From positions 69,142 to 133,141 of the forward strand of contig JAPLXL010000002.1 of NCBI GenBank assembly GCA_026396115.1: a stretch of 64,000 nt of DNA. The letters are read 5' to 3'. Made by a program: the position numbers and the translations under genes. This document shows, one piece after another, positions 63,576-64,000 of the stretch (the stretch's first letter is position 1; every line of letters starts with the position of its first letter). The stretch is from Candidatus Nealsonbacteria bacterium. Its GTDB lineage: Bacteria; Patescibacteriota; Minisyncoccia; Minisyncoccales; RBG-13-42-11. Below the pieces are notes generated by a model. The model was not told the origin of the DNA. It saw only the letters and a list, made by a program, of their open reading frames with translations, and searched no databases.

Positions 63576-63624
63576 ACTAAGATGATTAAATAATCGATTT
63601 TATTTTAAGATATTCTAAGAATTT

Positions 63625-64000
63625 ATGCAAATTATTTTTTGGCTTTCTATAATTTTTATCCTTTATTGCTATTTCGGTTATCCCATGATTTTGGTGATTT
63701 TGGGCTTATTCTTTAAAAAGAAAACAAAAAGAGCAGAAATTAGCCCCTTGGTTTCTCTGTTGATCGTCGTCTATAATGAAGAGAAAATAATTGAGAGAAA
63801 AATCGAAAATAGTTTAGCTTTAGATTATCCGAAAAACAAATTGGAGATTGTAGTTGCTTCAGAATCTGATGATAAAACAGATGAAATTGTGAAGAGATAC
63901 AGGGAGAAAGGAGTAAAACTTTTTACTTATCCCGGGAGAGGAGGGAAGCCATATAGTATTTATCGAACTTTGCCAAAGTGTCAGGGGGAGATTATTGTCT
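63625..64000 (+). CDS. family 2 glycosyltransferase (3' end cut by window edge; not in ORF track)
   Basis: My own translation is MQIIFWLSIIFILYCYFGYPMILVILGLFFKKKTKRAEISPLVSLLIVVYNEEKIIERKIENSLALDYPKNKLEIVVASESDDKTDEIV... This shows a TM anchor plus the GT2 signature of membrane-bound processive-type GT2 enzymes. Confidence 0.7.
   Translation, partial: MQIIFWLSIIFILYCYFGYPMILVILGLFFKKKTKRAEISPLVSLLIVVYNEEKIIERKIENSLALDYPKNKLEIVVASESDDKTDEIVKRYREKGVKLFTYPGRGGKPYSIYRTLPKCQGEIIV

Overview
AT-rich bacterial window with compact, mostly plus-strand gene organisation and several shortened housekeeping proteins. This style fits a reduced-genome, Patescibacteria/CPR-like organism (inference only). 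Layout: (i) 1-13.9 kb is housekeeping and envelope: yqeY-like, ybeY, ftsA, ftsZ, comEC, a small glycolipid/glycan gene set, htrA, clpB and a catalytically dead HtrA paralog. (ii) 13.9-20.9 kb is an accessory island. It holds small membrane proteins and a single-polypeptide type IIG restriction-modification enzyme, with an unlisted 58-aa excisionase-type HTH gene in front of it. It also holds a lamin-tail-domain protein and a 5'-truncated beta-helix gene remnant. Its core is bracketed by an exact 15-bp direct repeat. (iii) 20.9-27.1 kb holds a wHTH regulator, an ECF sigma factor, a DUF5667-like membrane protein and two large secreted peptidoglycan-binding proteins. The first of these follows a GC-rich structured leader. 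(iv) 27.1-31.7 kb (minus strand) holds a HAMP-only membrane protein plus two tandemly duplicated orphan family-5 solute-binding proteins. (v) 32-64 kb, running off the window, is one almost entirely co-directional glycan-assembly supercluster. It contains a complete GDP-D-glycero-D-manno-heptose pathway plus transaldolase, a Wzx-type flippase, and four radical SAM enzymes (one B12-binding, three SPASM). It also contains three FkbM and two other methyltransferases, an embedded MTA phosphorylase, several GT2/GT4 transferases, GH-like proteins and many nucleotide-sugar redox enzymes and epimerases. I consider this cluster the most likely undescribed system in the window. A second notable signal is a dispersed nested-palindrome repeat family in the first 22 kb. 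It sits in intergenic leaders and is also inserted in frame in two genes. No rRNA, tRNA, CRISPR array, transposase or integrase was recognised.
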